Source: Mytilus trossulus (lineage: Eukaryota). Taken from it: 64,000 bases of DNA. Below are positions 1 through 14,555 of the stretch, in pieces (position 1 is the stretch's first letter; each line of letters opens with the position of its first letter). The stretch spans positions 64,976,001 to 65,040,000 of the forward strand of contig NC_086381.1 in assembly GCF_036588685.1 (NCBI RefSeq). Reading direction: 5' to 3'. Below the pieces are notes generated by a model that saw nothing but the letters and a program-made list of their open reading frames with translations, was not told the DNA's origin and did not search any database. The position numbers were made by a program, and so were the translations under genes.

Positions 1-685
1 AATAAAGTGCAACAGCTTTTATTGCACGTGCTCTTTGTGAAAAAATGTCAATGTAATGCATAGAACAATATTCAAAAGACTTATTTCAACACGTACTTTG
101 TATGGCATAAACATTGCAGTTATAAGAATTGATTGCTTCTTTTTATAATTTATTGGGTTATAAAAGTGTGTTCATAATAAGAACGCTCACACATTTTTAG
201 TATGTAGTGATTCTGTGCTTCAAACAAAATGAACTTCGATCAATGATTTTACGTCCCAATAAGATTCCTAAGTTAATCTGTACTTGCAATTGTAACATTT
301 TGCTATTTCTCCTACTAATATAGATTGGACATTCTTTTCCTCAACGTAATTATTACCGATTCTCTCTTGTGTCGGATTTCACTTCAAGATTTTGTTTTTC
401 AAATTAAAAATAGGAAACTTGTTTCACCATGAACAAAAAACAGTTAATTCTAGTTTCCAGTAACCACGAGTAGGATTTACATGAACTCATAAGAATGCAG
501 AGACTCAGATAAAAAAAAAGTTTTTTTTTTTAGAAGTTTGAACTGTCGGACAACCCATCTGTCTGTTTTTGTCTTCAGTAAAACTCCTTTGGACATATCT
601 ATGTCTGTGCATTTTCGTCCCTTATTTGAAAAAAAAATGTATGAATGCATGAAAATTTTTTTAGATGTCTTTTAGGATTTTAGCG

Positions 686-838
686 ATTAATGACGAATTC
701 GACGATGATAGCTATGACAAAGACAATGATAAAGACGACGATGATGACGATGATGATGACGATAATGATGGCGATGACAAAGACAATGATTAAGACGACG
801 ATGATGATGACGATGCTTTTAATGATAAAGATGATTGA
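686..838 (+). repeat. GAT/GAC trinucleotide-rich low-complexity tract with a ~60-bp internal duplication
   Basis: Runs of GATGAC/GACGAT; GACAAAGACAATGAT occurs twice 60 bp apart. The ORFs at 680-883 and 690-878 are by-products of this tract. Confidence 0.8.
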
Positions 839-3569
839 AGATAAGCCAAACAATTTTTGGTCACTGTTGAAGTTTTGATTCAAACTTTCGACAACCCATG
901 GCTCATTTTTGCATGTATATACTGATCCTACCCCTTACCACACACACATGAAGAATGATAGGGATGATGCTCTTAAAGTGCTAGACTTCATGTGACTTGT
1001 ATATGTATACAACGGTTCAACAAAAATAGCATACTATTGTTTTCATAAGTATATATATTTATAGCCTTTGGCTAGTCAGATACATATTTAATCCCTCATA
1101 ATTAAATGTATATACAGTTTTGATGATCACAGTAATCCTAAATCTTTACAGATTAAAGTAATAAGTTGATTTTATAACGATTTTAACTGAACTTAACTTT
1201 TGTATACATGTATGCGTTTGAAGAGGGTATAAGTGTATGTAAGCTAAATAACTTTAACAGTCTCTTATATTTTCATACCAGTCCAATTTTTGGGGTTAGG
1301 GTGCCGGGCTAAGGGGAGGGCATGTCTTTAGTCAAAGCGGCATATATTAAATTGTCTTTAATTTCTACAACAGACATAAAGTTAAATATTGGAGAGATAT
1401 ACAATGCATGTCAAAAAGCGCGATCTGAGAATATCTTGAAAACTCTTACTTGATAGTTATAGTGATAGCATTGAAAGAGTTCTGTTGCGCACCATGTTAA
1501 GGTTTAATTTCGGTCCCCAATGAGTGTTCAGAAAAAAAGTTTGGAAATGTAAAAAGATACTCTTTTAGTCCTTATTGCGATTCTGCAGACCTAGATCAGC
1601 ATTAAATTGTAATTCAAAACAGATGGCGGACATCACAATTAGCAAATTAATCAATTAAGTCGATAAAATGTAGAGCACGAAATTGACACTGACATATAAA
1701 TATAGGGTCCAGCGTCTGACTATAATTACCAAATTTCGTTTTGAATATAAAGAATATTTCAAGGTGTTTTTTTCGAATATTAAAAAGAGCATTTCTATCC
1801 CCGGAACTATGATGCTTTATGTGAACTAGTCAGTCGTTGATATTAGGACTTCATGTACACAAGTAGTTTTCAGAAACAAAACTACGAATTGCAAAAATCA
1901 TACAAAACTATTCCGGAACTTTGCTAATTGAGAATGGAGATGGGAAATGTGTCAAAATGACAACAACCCGACCAAAGAGCAGATTGGTCTTTTAAATTAG
2001 GACTTCATGTACAGAAGTCAAAACTATGAATTGCAAAAATTGCTCAAAATTATGAGTCTAAAAATAACTATACCTGACACTGTCTACTAGCAGTTTGTGT
2101 GTCTGTTTCAACATCGTCCATGTAAACTGTCCCTTAGGTTTGGAATACTTTTGAATCCACAACTTTATAGATATTCATCTTAAACACACAACGCGATCAC
2201 GTGTAACGTTAGAAATGTATGTGCAAAATCGTTTCTTTCCCTTGCGTAATATCCTAACTGTCATAAGCGATTGAAATGTATCAGAAAAGATCGTTATCCT
2301 CACACCTGTTGCCAAATTCTTCCTTTTCTCATTGATTGGGAATTATCCTTCAGTATTGAGTTCGGTTGCCAAATTATTCATATTGTATAGTGTTGAATTT
2401 CTACAAATTGTATTCCTACATACAGGTATATCGAGTATTTAAATATATATCCCATTATGATTTTGAATATGAAAAGTTAGATAAAGATCGGATAAAACAA
2501 GTTCTTTTATCATGATCAGAAGTTTATTTCTTTGTTTTGATTGATGCACTCGCTCAGCTTCGCATCGTGTTATTCTTTCAGTTAATTATTTGTAAACACT
2601 CAATTACCTTCACCTTAATTATATATCATAATTGATCTAATATTTAACGCCATAAATTTCAAACGAGGTTGTGTAAGCCATTTAAATACTTTAATGCAAA
2701 ACATATGATTATTTATCAGTACGTGTTATGTAACTCAAGGCTGCATAACGAACATAACTTTACCACATAATATCAAAGCCAAAATATTAACGAAAATAAT
2801 ATGCATTCAGCATGCTCAGTCAAAACAGGCGGAAATTAATCAATTTCATATCTTGGTAGATCTAATAAATAATAATCGATTTTCTGTATAGGCATTATAT
2901 TTCTTTAATATTGTATTGCACGTAATGTATTCTGCATTAACGAAACTCGCGCATAGTTGACATGCTGACTGAGAAATATCCCTACTTTTAAAAATGAAAT
3001 TTGATAACTGCATTTACTACTGTTCGTCGCTAACAAATAAAATCAACTTAAAACTTTTTAAAATATATGGGAAAATGTACCAAAAAAAGTTCACTAGGCC
3101 ACCATTATCTTCGTGTAAAAGAAAAGGACCACATGCCCACCCACCCACCCCAAACAAAAACAAAACCCCAACAACAACAAACAAAAACCCCACAAAACAC
3201 ACACAAAAAAAACCCCAAAAAACAGATGTTTTAAAAGTTTAAATTTTCTGTTGTTAGATAGAACATGAAGTAATTACATTTTACAGAAGAAATAGCCAAC
3301 AATATTAAGAATAGTGGAAAATGGGAATATATGTATTTTTTTTTAGAGAAAAATGGTTAAGAATAAAGGATACTGAACTGTGAGACCCCATTCAGACCTT
3401 GTTTGATTGTCTGTTCTTACGTTTTCTTTTTGTTACTTTGTTATTTATCAATCTTTGTTGACTCGTGATTTTAACTGTTCTGTAAACTAACTTGATATCA
3501 CATGACTTATGGTACGAATATGGTCAACAGAAAAGAAAATTTTGAGCAAAATGTTAATTAAAGAGATTA

Positions 3570-3840
3570 ATGGAAGCCAATGCTTAAATGATAATTGGAT
3601 GCTAAGGGAATAATGGAATGCTTTGATGATAATGAAATGTTTAGAGGATAATTGAATGTTTAAAAAATATTTGAATGCCTCGATAAAAATGGAATGAGAA
3701 GAGAATAAAATTGAAATTATTTGATAATAACGGGATGCTTAGAGAACAAGGAGTTTTTCATATAATAATTGTATGCTGAGAGAATAATGTAATGCTGAGA
3801 TAGTAGAGGGATGCTAAGAAAATGACGAGATGCTTCATAG
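3570..3840. repeat. degenerate ~21-bp tandem repeat (GATAATGGAATGCTTAGA-like)
   Basis: About a dozen diverged units of ataat-gg-atgct-ga are visible by eye. Confidence 0.55.
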
Positions 3841-4772
3841 AATTTATGTTTAGATTAATTTGATTAACTTTATTTAAAGAAATAGAAAAAAATCGGATCA
3901 TATAAGAAGTAGCCCCCTATTCATACCCTCGTGAACATTTCAACACATTAGTGTCTATTGTACATGATGTGTTTGGAGATTTTTATAATGCATGTTGTTT
4001 TTATTCAAGTTTAAACATCAAATGCAATTGTACATATTAACACATGTAAATTAATAAATGTTCAAAGTCATATAAAATGACAGTTTCCGCCATAAAACAA
4101 TCATTTGAACTGATGTCGTCAGAATAACATTTATTAATAAATTTTATTTCAATTTAAAATTATATTATCCGCTAGTCTTACGCATTTGTTCCAATAGAGT
4201 CATATTTTGTTTATTTTTACTTTTTAATATCCATTTATATTCTGATTTAATTTTACAAATCTTTATCGAATATCTAAGAACAATACACTATATACATTGT
4301 ATAGATAAAGTTAACAAAAATCGTCCGTTTGAGACTAGGACTAGAAACAAGATAACTATTTAAATAATAGCTGGTTGTGGGCGAAGAAACTTAGGTTGTG
4401 ATGGATTATCTCCCCTCTAGCAGTAAACACTTTTGATGAACTGAAAATGTATGTATACCCAGAGACATGTATTATATGTCTCTGGTATACCGAAGACGTA
4501 TAAAAACGCCACACTATAGATGGTAATAGTTTGCACCTCTGTTTTACACAGAAAGTCTATTTTGGCAATCATAAGCTGAAATGCATTTTTTTTCACTGAT
4601 GTAAGTGTAGTTATGTATGGGTTTCGAATTTCGCTTCAATAAATTCGTGTAACGTCAATAATTCGGTTTGTTCATTAACGCCAGTTGAGTATTAATTCAG
4701 GTTTTGGTTAATTTTTTAGACAGAAAGAAGTATGGTAAACTAGATATGGTATTATAAAAACTTATGATGATT

Positions 4773-4940
4773 AATCATGATTTGGTAAATAAAATCGCCA
4801 AATGTGTTTAAGTTAAATCATGATTTGGCAAATAAATCACCTAAATATGTGCAAGATAAATCATGATTTGGTAAATAAATCACCTTAATGTGTGTTAGAT
4901 AACTCATGATTTTGTAAATTTTCTACTATCACCTAAATGT
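4773..4940. repeat. ~42-bp minisatellite, about 4 copies
   Basis: Repeated AATCATGATTTGGTAAATAAATCACCTAAATGTG units. Confidence 0.75.
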
Positions 4941-5074
4941 ACGTTGAGTTTCTTAGTAAGTTCGTCAGTATATATAACTGTTGTGTGGGTTGTGTCGGTA
5001 TACTGTAAAAGTCAAAATTAAATATTCAAGTCCTTCGAGGTTATTTTACTTATATCTGGAACTTATACATTTCT

Positions 5075-6615
5075 GGAAGCGTATTAGGGACATAGAAAAA
5101 ATAAAATTGGCAGTAAACTTTTTTTTCAAAGTCGAAATTTTGACATTTCAAATCTCGAAATTTCGACTTTATCTCGAAATTTTAACTTTTCTTATCTTGA
5201 AATTTTGAAATTCTAAAATCTTGAAATTTCGACTTTTTTGAAACTCGAAATTTCGACTTTTATAAACTCAAAATTTCGACCCTATTTTACACTCAAAATT
5301 TCGACTTCTTTTAAACTCAAAATTTCGACTTTTTTTAATCTTAAAATTTCAACTTTTCCTCAATATCTATACGTTTGCGATTACCACATTCACAGTCATT
5401 TATATCAGCAAGGCGGAGCTGCCATATACATCATAAACTTCATAAGCATATTTTAATAAAACTTAACCATTTTAAAGAGGTTATTTTAGATAGAAAATCT
5501 TGTTTTTGCCGAAGAATAAATAAAAAATGTTTCATGTTCAAATACATTTTTGAAGTCTCGACTTCAGATATGTGTATCAAGACAACCCCGCTATTCCGAC
5601 ACACCTATATTACGACATACTTTTATTCAACAGTCTAATATATAAAGACAAGGGTTAATAGTTGTGTTATAAGAATGCAAACTTCCCTAGCTAGAAAACT
5701 GAGGAGCTCATTGGTTGTCCTGAATATGCATGGCATTTTTGGCTACTTGATTTACCATTGTTTAAACAAGGCAAAGTCAGTGACTTGCTATTGGGATACC
5801 AAACGGGCCTTTGAAACTGTGATGCTAAATGTACTCAGATCTGACGATCCTATGACAGTGTCGTGGAAACTAAAACATGGAATATGGGGGGGGGGGGGGG
5901 ATTCTGTCAACATGCATGCTCTTTATGAATAATTTCTTTAATATTAAATGCTAATCCATATCTTAATTTAAGAAAAAAAAAACAATTTTTGAATATAAAT
6001 TGCCAAAATATATGGATGACGCTTTAATAGTTTGCGACCATGTCTACTCCTTCTAAAATTGTTATAACTATGTGTGAACACTAACATCAAAGTTTTAAAA
6101 GTACTTAGAAAGAGTCAAAATTTCGAGATTTCAACAGTCGAAATTTCGATTAAAAAAAAAATCGAATTTTTGAGTTTAAAATAAGTCAAAATTTTGAGTT
6201 AAAATAAGTCGAAATTTCGTGTTCAAAATAAGTCGAAATTTCGAGTTTTAAAAAAGTTGAAATTTTGAGTTTAAAATAAGTCGAAATTTCGAGTCTTAAA
6301 TAAGTCGAAATTTTTAAATAAGTCGAAATTTCTAGTTTTGAATTAGTCGAAATTTTGAGTTTAAAGTGGAAATTTCGACTGTTTATAAGTCGAAATTTCG
6401 AGTTTCAAAAAAGTCAAAATTTCGACTTTTCAAAAAGTCGGAATTTCAAGATTTTAGAAAGTCAAAATTTCAAGTTTAAGTCAAAATTTCGGGATTTGTA
6501 AAGTCAAAATTTCAAGTTAAAGTCAAAATTTCGAGATTTGAAAAGTCAAAATTTCGACTTTGAAAAAAAAAGTTCACTGCCAATTTTATTTTTTCTATGT
6601 CCCTAATACGCTTCC
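5075..6615. mobile_element. non-autonomous foldback-type DNA transposon with long TIRs and subterminal tandem arrays
   Basis: Left end GGAAGCGTATTAGGGACATAGAAAAAATAAAATTGGCAG is the reverse complement of right end CTGCCAATTTTATTTTTTCTATGTCCCTAATACGCTTCC. Inverted arrays of ~21-bp AAGTCGAAATTTCGAG units lie at ~5130-5355 and ~6115-6560. No coding capacity. Confidence 0.85.
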
Positions 6616-7442
6616 GTAGTACGTACATTTCAATTCTTCCCTATACACATTTTGATTATTCTTTTACTTAATTATATTAGTAAAGTTTAGTATTTAAAAA
6701 AACATTTCAAAAGACAATATTTTATAATAAGACAACATTTATTAAAACGTGTGTATTATTTTTGAAGTTAGACATTTAAGATAAGTTCACGGTGTGTAAT
6801 AAAGGTCACTGCTCTTTTGTCAAAGAACGATGTCAAAATTTAAATTAACCTGTTGAAATCTTAAGTGAGGTAGACAGGGCTATAAATAGCCGCCCCTGAA
6901 CTTATTTCAAATTAGGGTCTTCAAAGACAGATCCACATACAAGGGGAGGGGGCTGGCTGACCTGAGGGGGGCTCGCTGCAGTCATGCTTCAGTGATTCCA
7001 TATATAATCAACCAAATTCCCCCCGGATCTGCCTATGGTCTTTATAGAAAAAAGAGAACAAGTGGGGTTGAACCCATATGTCGCCATTCAAATGCATTGA
7101 TCGTCCAAAAAGGGGGTTCTAACCCCGGACCCACCCCCCTTTGCATAGACCATACTGCTTTATGTTACCTTAAGGATAAGAATAAATGATAGCTCAATTC
7201 TAAATTACCCTGATCGCATGAAAACAGCAATAAAAATGCTTAAAGCATATAGTACTAGTATATTTTAATTCGGCTGAGCGAGATTAAAAAGGGTGGGATG
7301 AGATTTTAGAATAGTTTTTTTCGCAGCCGTTCAATGCAGCCTTACGAGGATTTGATAAGTGAAGCTGTTCTTGTTTACCCTCCGTATCACTTGAATGAAT
7401 TCGTGGTTTTTGATTGGGTTGTGTTGCATTGACTATTCATTA

Positions 7443-7782
7443 TTTTTTTGCCCTTTTTTGGGGATTTTAATTTTCAGTTTGTTGTACAGTTCGCCCGTCC
7501 GTTCGTCTTTCCATTCGTTCACTTGTCCGTTCGTCCGCCCGTTCGTCTAACCGTTCGTCTGTCCCGCTTTTGGTTAAATGTTTTGGTTAAAGAGTTTTTG
7601 GTCCAGGAAGTTATTGATAAAGTTGAAATCCGATCAATTTGAAACTTAGTACACATGTTTCCTATGATATGATCTTTCTAATTTTAATGCCAAATTAGAG
7701 TTTTGACCCCAACTTAACGGTCAATTGAACATAGAAAATAAAAGTGCGAGTGCTGCATCCGTGTACTATGAACATTTTCTTA
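7443..7782 (-). mobile_element. Helentron-associated (DINE-1/HINE-like) non-autonomous element
   Basis: T-run start, (CCGT/TCGT)n microsatellite at ~7490-7565, then GAAACTTAGTACACATG and TTTTGACCCC blocks typical of bivalve DINE-1-like repeats. Confidence 0.55.
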
Positions 7783-10038
7783 TATATCTATGTTTTGTAA
7801 TTGTTTGTTTATTCGTTGCTTTTCCTTTTAGCCATGTTTTTTTTTTATTGAATCTTTGATTTGTTGTTGCTTCCTTGTTGTTTCCCCTCTATTTTTCTAG
7901 ACCTGGAGCAGTTCAGATTTTGAATTAATTTATAAACACTTGGATTTAGTCTGAGTGTATTCTGACATCTAGATGTCTTTCGCCAAGTCTTTTAGTTTGA
8001 TTGCTGCCGAACAGAAGTATTCTTCACATTTAAGAATGAATCAAACCTAGGGTAAGCGCAAACATGCGGCGGTGTTAAATATGTTTTATGATATCTCAAG
8101 CCTCACTTTTTATTTTGAAGAGTTGTTAATATCTGTGTCATTTTGGTTTCTTGTGGAGAGTTGACTAATTGGCAATCATACCACATCTTCTTGTTTTATA
8201 TTAATAGCCTTGCAATCATGAGTGAACACGATAGTTCTCATCTTTGCCGGTACTAGGAAAGTTTGTTGATGTTAATTGAATATTATATTTGCGTTACATA
8301 TTTCAAACATATTGGCTTTATTTGTAATCTACAGCTTAAAAGTTATTACCTGTAGCGCGTAAGCTTAATCGGAGCTGTCAGACACCTATGCATGTTTTTC
8401 CGTTTCTTATAATTAATAGTAAGGGTTGGGCACGACAACAGGTGCGCCTCTTTAGGTTCAATATACTTTTGATCAGAATTGCATTACCTTTATCTACATT
8501 CAGCGTATATTTGTAATTAATATTTCCATTTTCATAGGATATAAATTATTATATTTACAAGAATTCGAAAAAATAAAGAGCTTGATTACGTGTAACGATG
8601 TCAAAATATGTATTAATGACAATCAAGAAAAGAACTCGAAACTTATTAAGAGACTATAAAGAATTTGACTGCTAATCTTATGTAGGTTGATTTTTTTTAA
8701 TTCATTACAAGTGTGGACACAGATCAGTGTGGATAGTACTAGTAACTTAAATTTTAATTAGTTTGTTTCACATGCAGTGTTATCTCCACTGAGTGTATGT
8801 ATTAGTCGTGCCCCCACCAGATGTGGTTTAAGCTACTTATACATGTTATATGCCTGTCTTAAAGGTGTCTATGTAAAACTGTGTTCCAGGATGACGATAA
8901 GTTTGCATTTTTAGATAAGAATCAAAAGCTCAAAATTGACATTGTAACAGGTTAGTCTTTTTTTTTTATTATGATTTATGAATATAAAAAAAGGAATACT
9001 TGGTATGATTGTCAATGAGACAGTTCCTTATAAGGGAACAGCTGTGTAGAAGTATATAGATATAAGTCACAATCATCAATGGATAGACAACATTCGGGGT
9101 AAGGGTTAGAGTTAGGATAAGAGTTTTAACATCCTAATGTATTGATTGTTCTTGTCCTAAATATTCATGAGATATTTTGTTATTTGACGAAAAGCAAATA
9201 CAAAACAATCGAGCTTTAATTTTTCAATATATAAAAAACTATTGCAACAAAAAATATGACATTATCATGCACAGAATCGACATATTTATACACGAATGTT
9301 AAGGTGCGGTTTACAGAATAAAGGGCCTTTTATAGCTAACTATGCGGTATGGGCTTTGCTCATTGTTGAAGGCCGTACGGTGACCCATAGTTGTTAATGT
9401 CTGTGTCATTTAAGTCTCTTATGGACAGTTGTCCCATTGGTAATCATGCCACATCTTCTTTTTTAAATAATGTGCAGAAAAGATTTAAAAAAAAAAATAG
9501 AGATAATAGGACAAAAAATAAAGAATTCATACTAATGGGCTGCTAGAATATATAGATGGAGAAAAATGGGCAAATACTATAAAGAATACAGAAAAAATGA
9601 CCTAAACAATCGAAGACCTCGTACATGAACTGTGGACTACAGCACAATTAATACACCCATACATGTACATACAATAGCGGTCTTTGTCATCCATGGGTTT
9701 AAAGCTCGACATTTATCAGAATTTAATACATTTGGGGTAACTTAGTATATTATTTTTAATTCAGACTGGAAAAAGACGTGATGAACTTTGATAAAAGTGT
9801 TATGTGTGTCATTATGTTTGAATATTGTAACAAGTATTAAAGATGGTATCATAACATCGTGCTAATAATCCATTTAAATTAGTGTCTGTTTTTCAACCAT
9901 AAATAAATATTAACTAATTGTTTTAAGCAACTGAACTGAGGCGTAATTAATTTGTAATTCTAAATTGGATACTTTATAAACCTTTGTACATGTATGTGAA
10001 CATGGTCGAAAATTGAAAGAAAGATTTTTGATATCCTG

Positions 10039-12074
10039 ATGGCCAGCAGAGGACCAACAGATGGTAAATTTATTGTTTTGTTTAATTTAAGGATGTTTGC
10101 TGCTCTGTTTCAAATAATTCAATAGATTGTTATGAATTGAAAGTATCACAAATAGAGGAACTAAAAAACAGATCAAAATGAAAGGATCGTGTGCTTGTTT
10201 TCGAGATATTAGCAATTGGAAATTTGGCGGGACATTTTTCTATCTAGACTTTTCATACTTTTAAATTTGGCACTCTATTTCTTTTAAAAAATATGAAAAC
10301 ATACTAAGGATTTTATATAGCATTTATTAACTACTATATATAATACAATTGTGAAAAGTAGAAGTTGGCAGTGAAATAATTGAAATTGCACTACATGGCT
10401 AAAACCAGAGTATTACGAATATCTGACAATATTTCTAAAAACGAGAGGAGCGAACATCCCGAAAGGATTTCTATATTAATATATCTATGTTGTCATTTCA
10501 TTAATACTTGCACCGTTGTAACACAGATATACACACCATTTTGATTCAATTAAAAGACATCTGCACATTTGAATAAAAACTTAATAAAGAAATTAACAAC
10601 TGAAATTAAGTTAAAGAATTATTCTTTTGTTATCCACAGATTGAAAACGGCTGCATATAATTTTAAGACATTTGTTTACAAATTTCTAATGGATTCTTTT
10701 TGTAAAATTTATGAATATAATTATATTACTAATGCAATGCAGTGTAATGTAATGTAAGGTTATTTTGTAATAACTTGATTATAGACATTGAAGCTGCTCC
10801 ACCATACGAACCACCTAACAGATTTTCAAACATTCACCATGGAGCAGGTCCAAGTGATTTCGGGAGGGGTTCACATCCCGCCCCTAATAACTTTTTGTTC
10901 AACAGAGCTACATATCCAGAACTTCCAGGTTTTTATGATGAATATGGACATGATCAATTCCAGATGATGGAATTGAATTCGAAGCATAAAGCAAAAATGA
11001 GACGTCAGCTTCGTCAACATAATACAACGGTATGAGCAATAACTACTAGTATACTGCCATCTTGAAATGTATCAATGTATTTAAAAACAAAGACACTTGT
11101 CACTAGTTTATGCACATTCTCCAAAAGTCTGGTAAAACATATACTTGAAGCCTCAGAAAATAATCAATCTGAAATGTTCATTCGTCGGTCATGCATTGCA
11201 AAAGCACTTTTGAACTTAAAAAGACACTTATTGAAATAAATGTCAAACGGGGCGTGTTGTTAGACAGCTATCGTCGAGTCGGGTGTACAGTAACATTAAC
11301 AAAGTATATTTGCTTACATACTGGCAACCTTAAAGTTATGTCAATTCTTGTGGAGAGTTGTCCCATTGGCAAATATATCATAGCTTCTAACTTTTATATC
11401 AACTAGAAAAAAAAAACGTTCGAGCGCGACTTGATGACGTCATGTACCTGAAATGTTTATGCTGAAACATAGAATTGGTTCGTTGTTTCTCAAACTGTTT
11501 TTACACACTGTTGCATAATGATCGGATGAATAACTCGGAGAAGAAGTGTGAACCACCTAGAACATTGATGATTAAAACATTTCTCAGTGATGCTTGTTTG
11601 TAGTATTTCTTTTTTTCTTCGAAGTTGTGGTCTTCAAATTTAAAAGAATAGATAGATTTAATAGTATATATAGGTATTGGAAATAATAAAAAAAAAATCT
11701 TATAGGTACTACATGTATATAAATTGCATGCAGTCAGCTCTTGTCGACGACGTTCCGAGTATGTGAGAACCTCATAGGTAGTCATTGTCGTTTAACATTC
11801 CTGTTGTCAACGCATCTGTGTGAATGAACATTGTTTGTCGGTTTCGTTTTTGAATATTCAAGGAATCTAGTCGAGGAATAAAAAAATAATAACATTTTTA
11901 CCTTCAAACTGTAAAACTATTTAAACTGTTTTTTTCTATTTTCAGGAACTGGCGACGGTACGAACAAGAAGTTCCGGCAGTAAACTTGGACTAATTTTCT
12001 TCTTTGTGTTATCTCTTGTGATTGTTGGAGGTTTTGTAGCTCTTGTCTTTTATGTTATCTCTTCCCGTAGTTGA
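10039..12074 (+). CDS. uncharacterised 132-aa tail-anchored (C-terminal single-pass) membrane protein, 3 coding exons
   Basis: Exons 10039-10063 (MASRGPTD, G|GTAAAT), 10785-11029 (ATAG|AC ... ACG|GTATGA) and 11946-12074 (TTTCAG|GAA ... TGA); phases 1 and 0 match, total 399 nt. The C-terminus LGLIFFFVLSLVIVGGFVALVFYVI-SSRS is a TM helix. AATAAA at ~12497. Confidence 0.8.
10088..10463. mobile_element. degenerate short TIR element (Kolobok-like TTAA-GG termini) in intron 1
   Basis: TTAAGGATGTTTGCT ... AGCGAACATCCCGAA form imperfect inverted ends. Confidence 0.4.
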
Positions 12075-13419
12075 TTTTAAAGAACAAAACTACACGGAAT
12101 CGAACCATGTATTATATTTTTTTATTTTTCCTAAAAACATGAAATACTGCATGTATTTGTTTTCTCTCTTCAGAGATTTTGACTTAACCCTCACCGAGAC
12201 AGCAACCCAACATTAAATCGAAGCAACCAACATACTTTATTTTGTTGTATCTGATGATTTTTGTTATAGTTTATAGCTGTTTTGTTCTATGATGTCTTAT
12301 CGTATTTGAGTTAAAAAGAGTAGAAAAAGCATCTAATTAATATGTAGTGCATTTTCTCATATTGTATTTCATTTTTTACTGGCATTATTGTGCTGTATTT
12401 TTTATCAAGTAAAGAACAGATAAACTTCGTCCATATATGCATTTGTTAAAGTTCAATTTATAAGACTCTTATAAAAATATTACTTGCTTTCCCAGAATAA
12501 ATCAAATTATCTTTGTTCAGCTGATACTACCTAGATTAAACTTCTACGTATTTTGAAAGTTGAGCATTTGTTTTTGCAATGTCTTTGAAAATTGATGATT
12601 GATGAGGGTTCTTTGTGGAACATTATTAATATGTTTGGATAACAGAGAGTGCGATTTTTGCAGTTTATTTTAGAAATGATCAGAAATAGTTGCTCTTAAG
12701 TGAAATTTTTAAAATTTCATTTTTGTGTTTATTGTTTTGAAAACAATAGGAGTGTTCCCCCCTAATGCCTCTTTTTTAATGGTGTTAATGGCAGTTGTTT
12801 GTCAGTGTTTCTATATTCTGTTCCTATAGGAATTGTGTATGAACGAGAAATCGTGTTGTCCTTTCTATATTTGTTCACAACTTGACCTATAGGAGCTCGA
12901 AGTGAATATAAATCTGTCGGCCAACGGTGGTTATGTCATCTTTTTATATTTTATCAACAAAAACGGATACCTTAAATATGCGCTTGAATATAAAAGCAAT
13001 ATCGACATTAGAAATAAATAAAAAAAAGACATATACAGGCTGATTATCAGTCAGTTAAAATTCAAGAAAAAAATGGAACTCTTTCTTAGACAAAGGCAAA
13101 AAGACCAAGTTGGTATTTTCAAATAGTTTACATGAAATTGTTTGGTAATATGAATATTGGCATTTCCATTCTCAACTTTATTAAAATGTTCAATGCATAA
13201 TTCAGGATTATTTGCATCTTCCATATGTGATAATATTTAGTTTATAGTTTGGAGCTTCGATATATTTGTAAACTTTTCAATATAAAGACAATTTTTTTAT
13301 TCTATGTTTTACACAATTTTCACAAACACAACTTACATGTATTTGTACGGCTCCATAAAAATGATTGCTCTACAAAATTGCTTTCCAAACCTCTACTCTA
13401 ACTTTTTGAGAGTTATATT

Positions 13420-13900
13420 CAGACATCGGACTCGGACTTCATTAAACTGAGTTTTACTGAGCGTATTGTTGTGCGTTTGTTTTTCTCTACATTGGCTAGA
13501 TGCATTAGGGGGGAAGGGGGTTGATATCTCAATAAATTTTTGATAGTTGTTAATTTCTGTGTCATTTTTTGTCTCTTGTGGAGAGTTGTCTCATTGGCAA
13601 TAACACCACATCTTTTTTTTTTTATATTAACACCGCCGCGTTTTTGCGTTTTTTCGAAGTCCGGAGCCTCTGGCAATCGCTAGTATGGTTTGATTTTTAA
13701 TTGTTTAGGCATTTAATATGTTTTGGAGTTTAGTATGACGTCCATTCTCACTGAACTAGTACACATTTTTTGTTTAGGGGCCACCTGAAGCCTGCCTACG
13801 CGTGCGGGATTTTCTCGCTGTGTTGAAGACCCATTGGTGGCCTTCGGCTGTTTTCGGCTCTTTGGTCGATTTGTTCTCTTTGACACATTCCCCATTTCCA
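13420..13900 (-). repeat. dispersed repeat family B (GAATGGAAATGGGGAATGTGTCAAAGAGACAAC...)
   Basis: Same sequence at 17945-18338(-), 56903-57075(+) and 62655-62985(+), with fragments at ~1930, ~43525 and ~49715. It generates several spurious ORFs in the track. Confidence 0.8.
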
Positions 13901-14555
13901 GTGAATTTTTATTTGTGTTCACAAGCACATTTTTTCTCGAAAATTGTAATATATTGAAAAATAATTCAGAAATGCATGTTGACTTTTTTCGTATTAATCA
14001 CACGTTTGTTGTGTTTAATTAAACAAAAAATACAACATAGACACATAGGAGATCAAAGTGGATTCCATGAGAAGCACTAATTATATAGTACATCAATAGT
14101 CAAACCAATCCGAAATTGTAGACTGTAACGTTTTATGATTTAAAAAAAGTATATACTTTTTCTTTGCTTTATTTGCTTTATTAAACAGCAATGTCTATTT
14201 TGTACAAATAACGCAGTGAACAGCTACTGCATTTGTGTACGGTTGACATCTCAAACTACCACATTTGGTGTTGATTGGATAAAATAAAAGCTCAATTTTC
14301 ATCTTCAGTTTTATCGTCAACAGGCTCGGCATCTTTGTCAACACATACCTAGTTCTTGTTGCTGTGAGTCTTATAATCTGACATGATATACTAGTTATTT
14401 ATATACACTCATTTGTCCAGCCCTTGTATCAGGTTGTCCTTCTTCAAATTTTAATGAAATTGCTTTTGATTCAACCCCGTTCCTCTTCTATACCAAAGTG
14501 AATATTTGAATAATTTTGCTACGGACTTTAAATTTGCATAACTTTGTTTTATTTC

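Noticed and set aside
6115-6560. Regularly spaced short repeats as a CRISPR-like array
   Set aside because: No unique spacers; these are subterminal tandem repeats of a eukaryotic foldback element.
10793-10816. PPxY WW-binding motif in the tail-anchored protein
   Set aside because: The sequence is APPYEPP, which does not match [LP]PxY.
13713-13928. Similar ORFs at 13713, 18147, 18208 and 56877 as a gene family
   Set aside because: All derive from dispersed repeat family B and differ in frame between copies.
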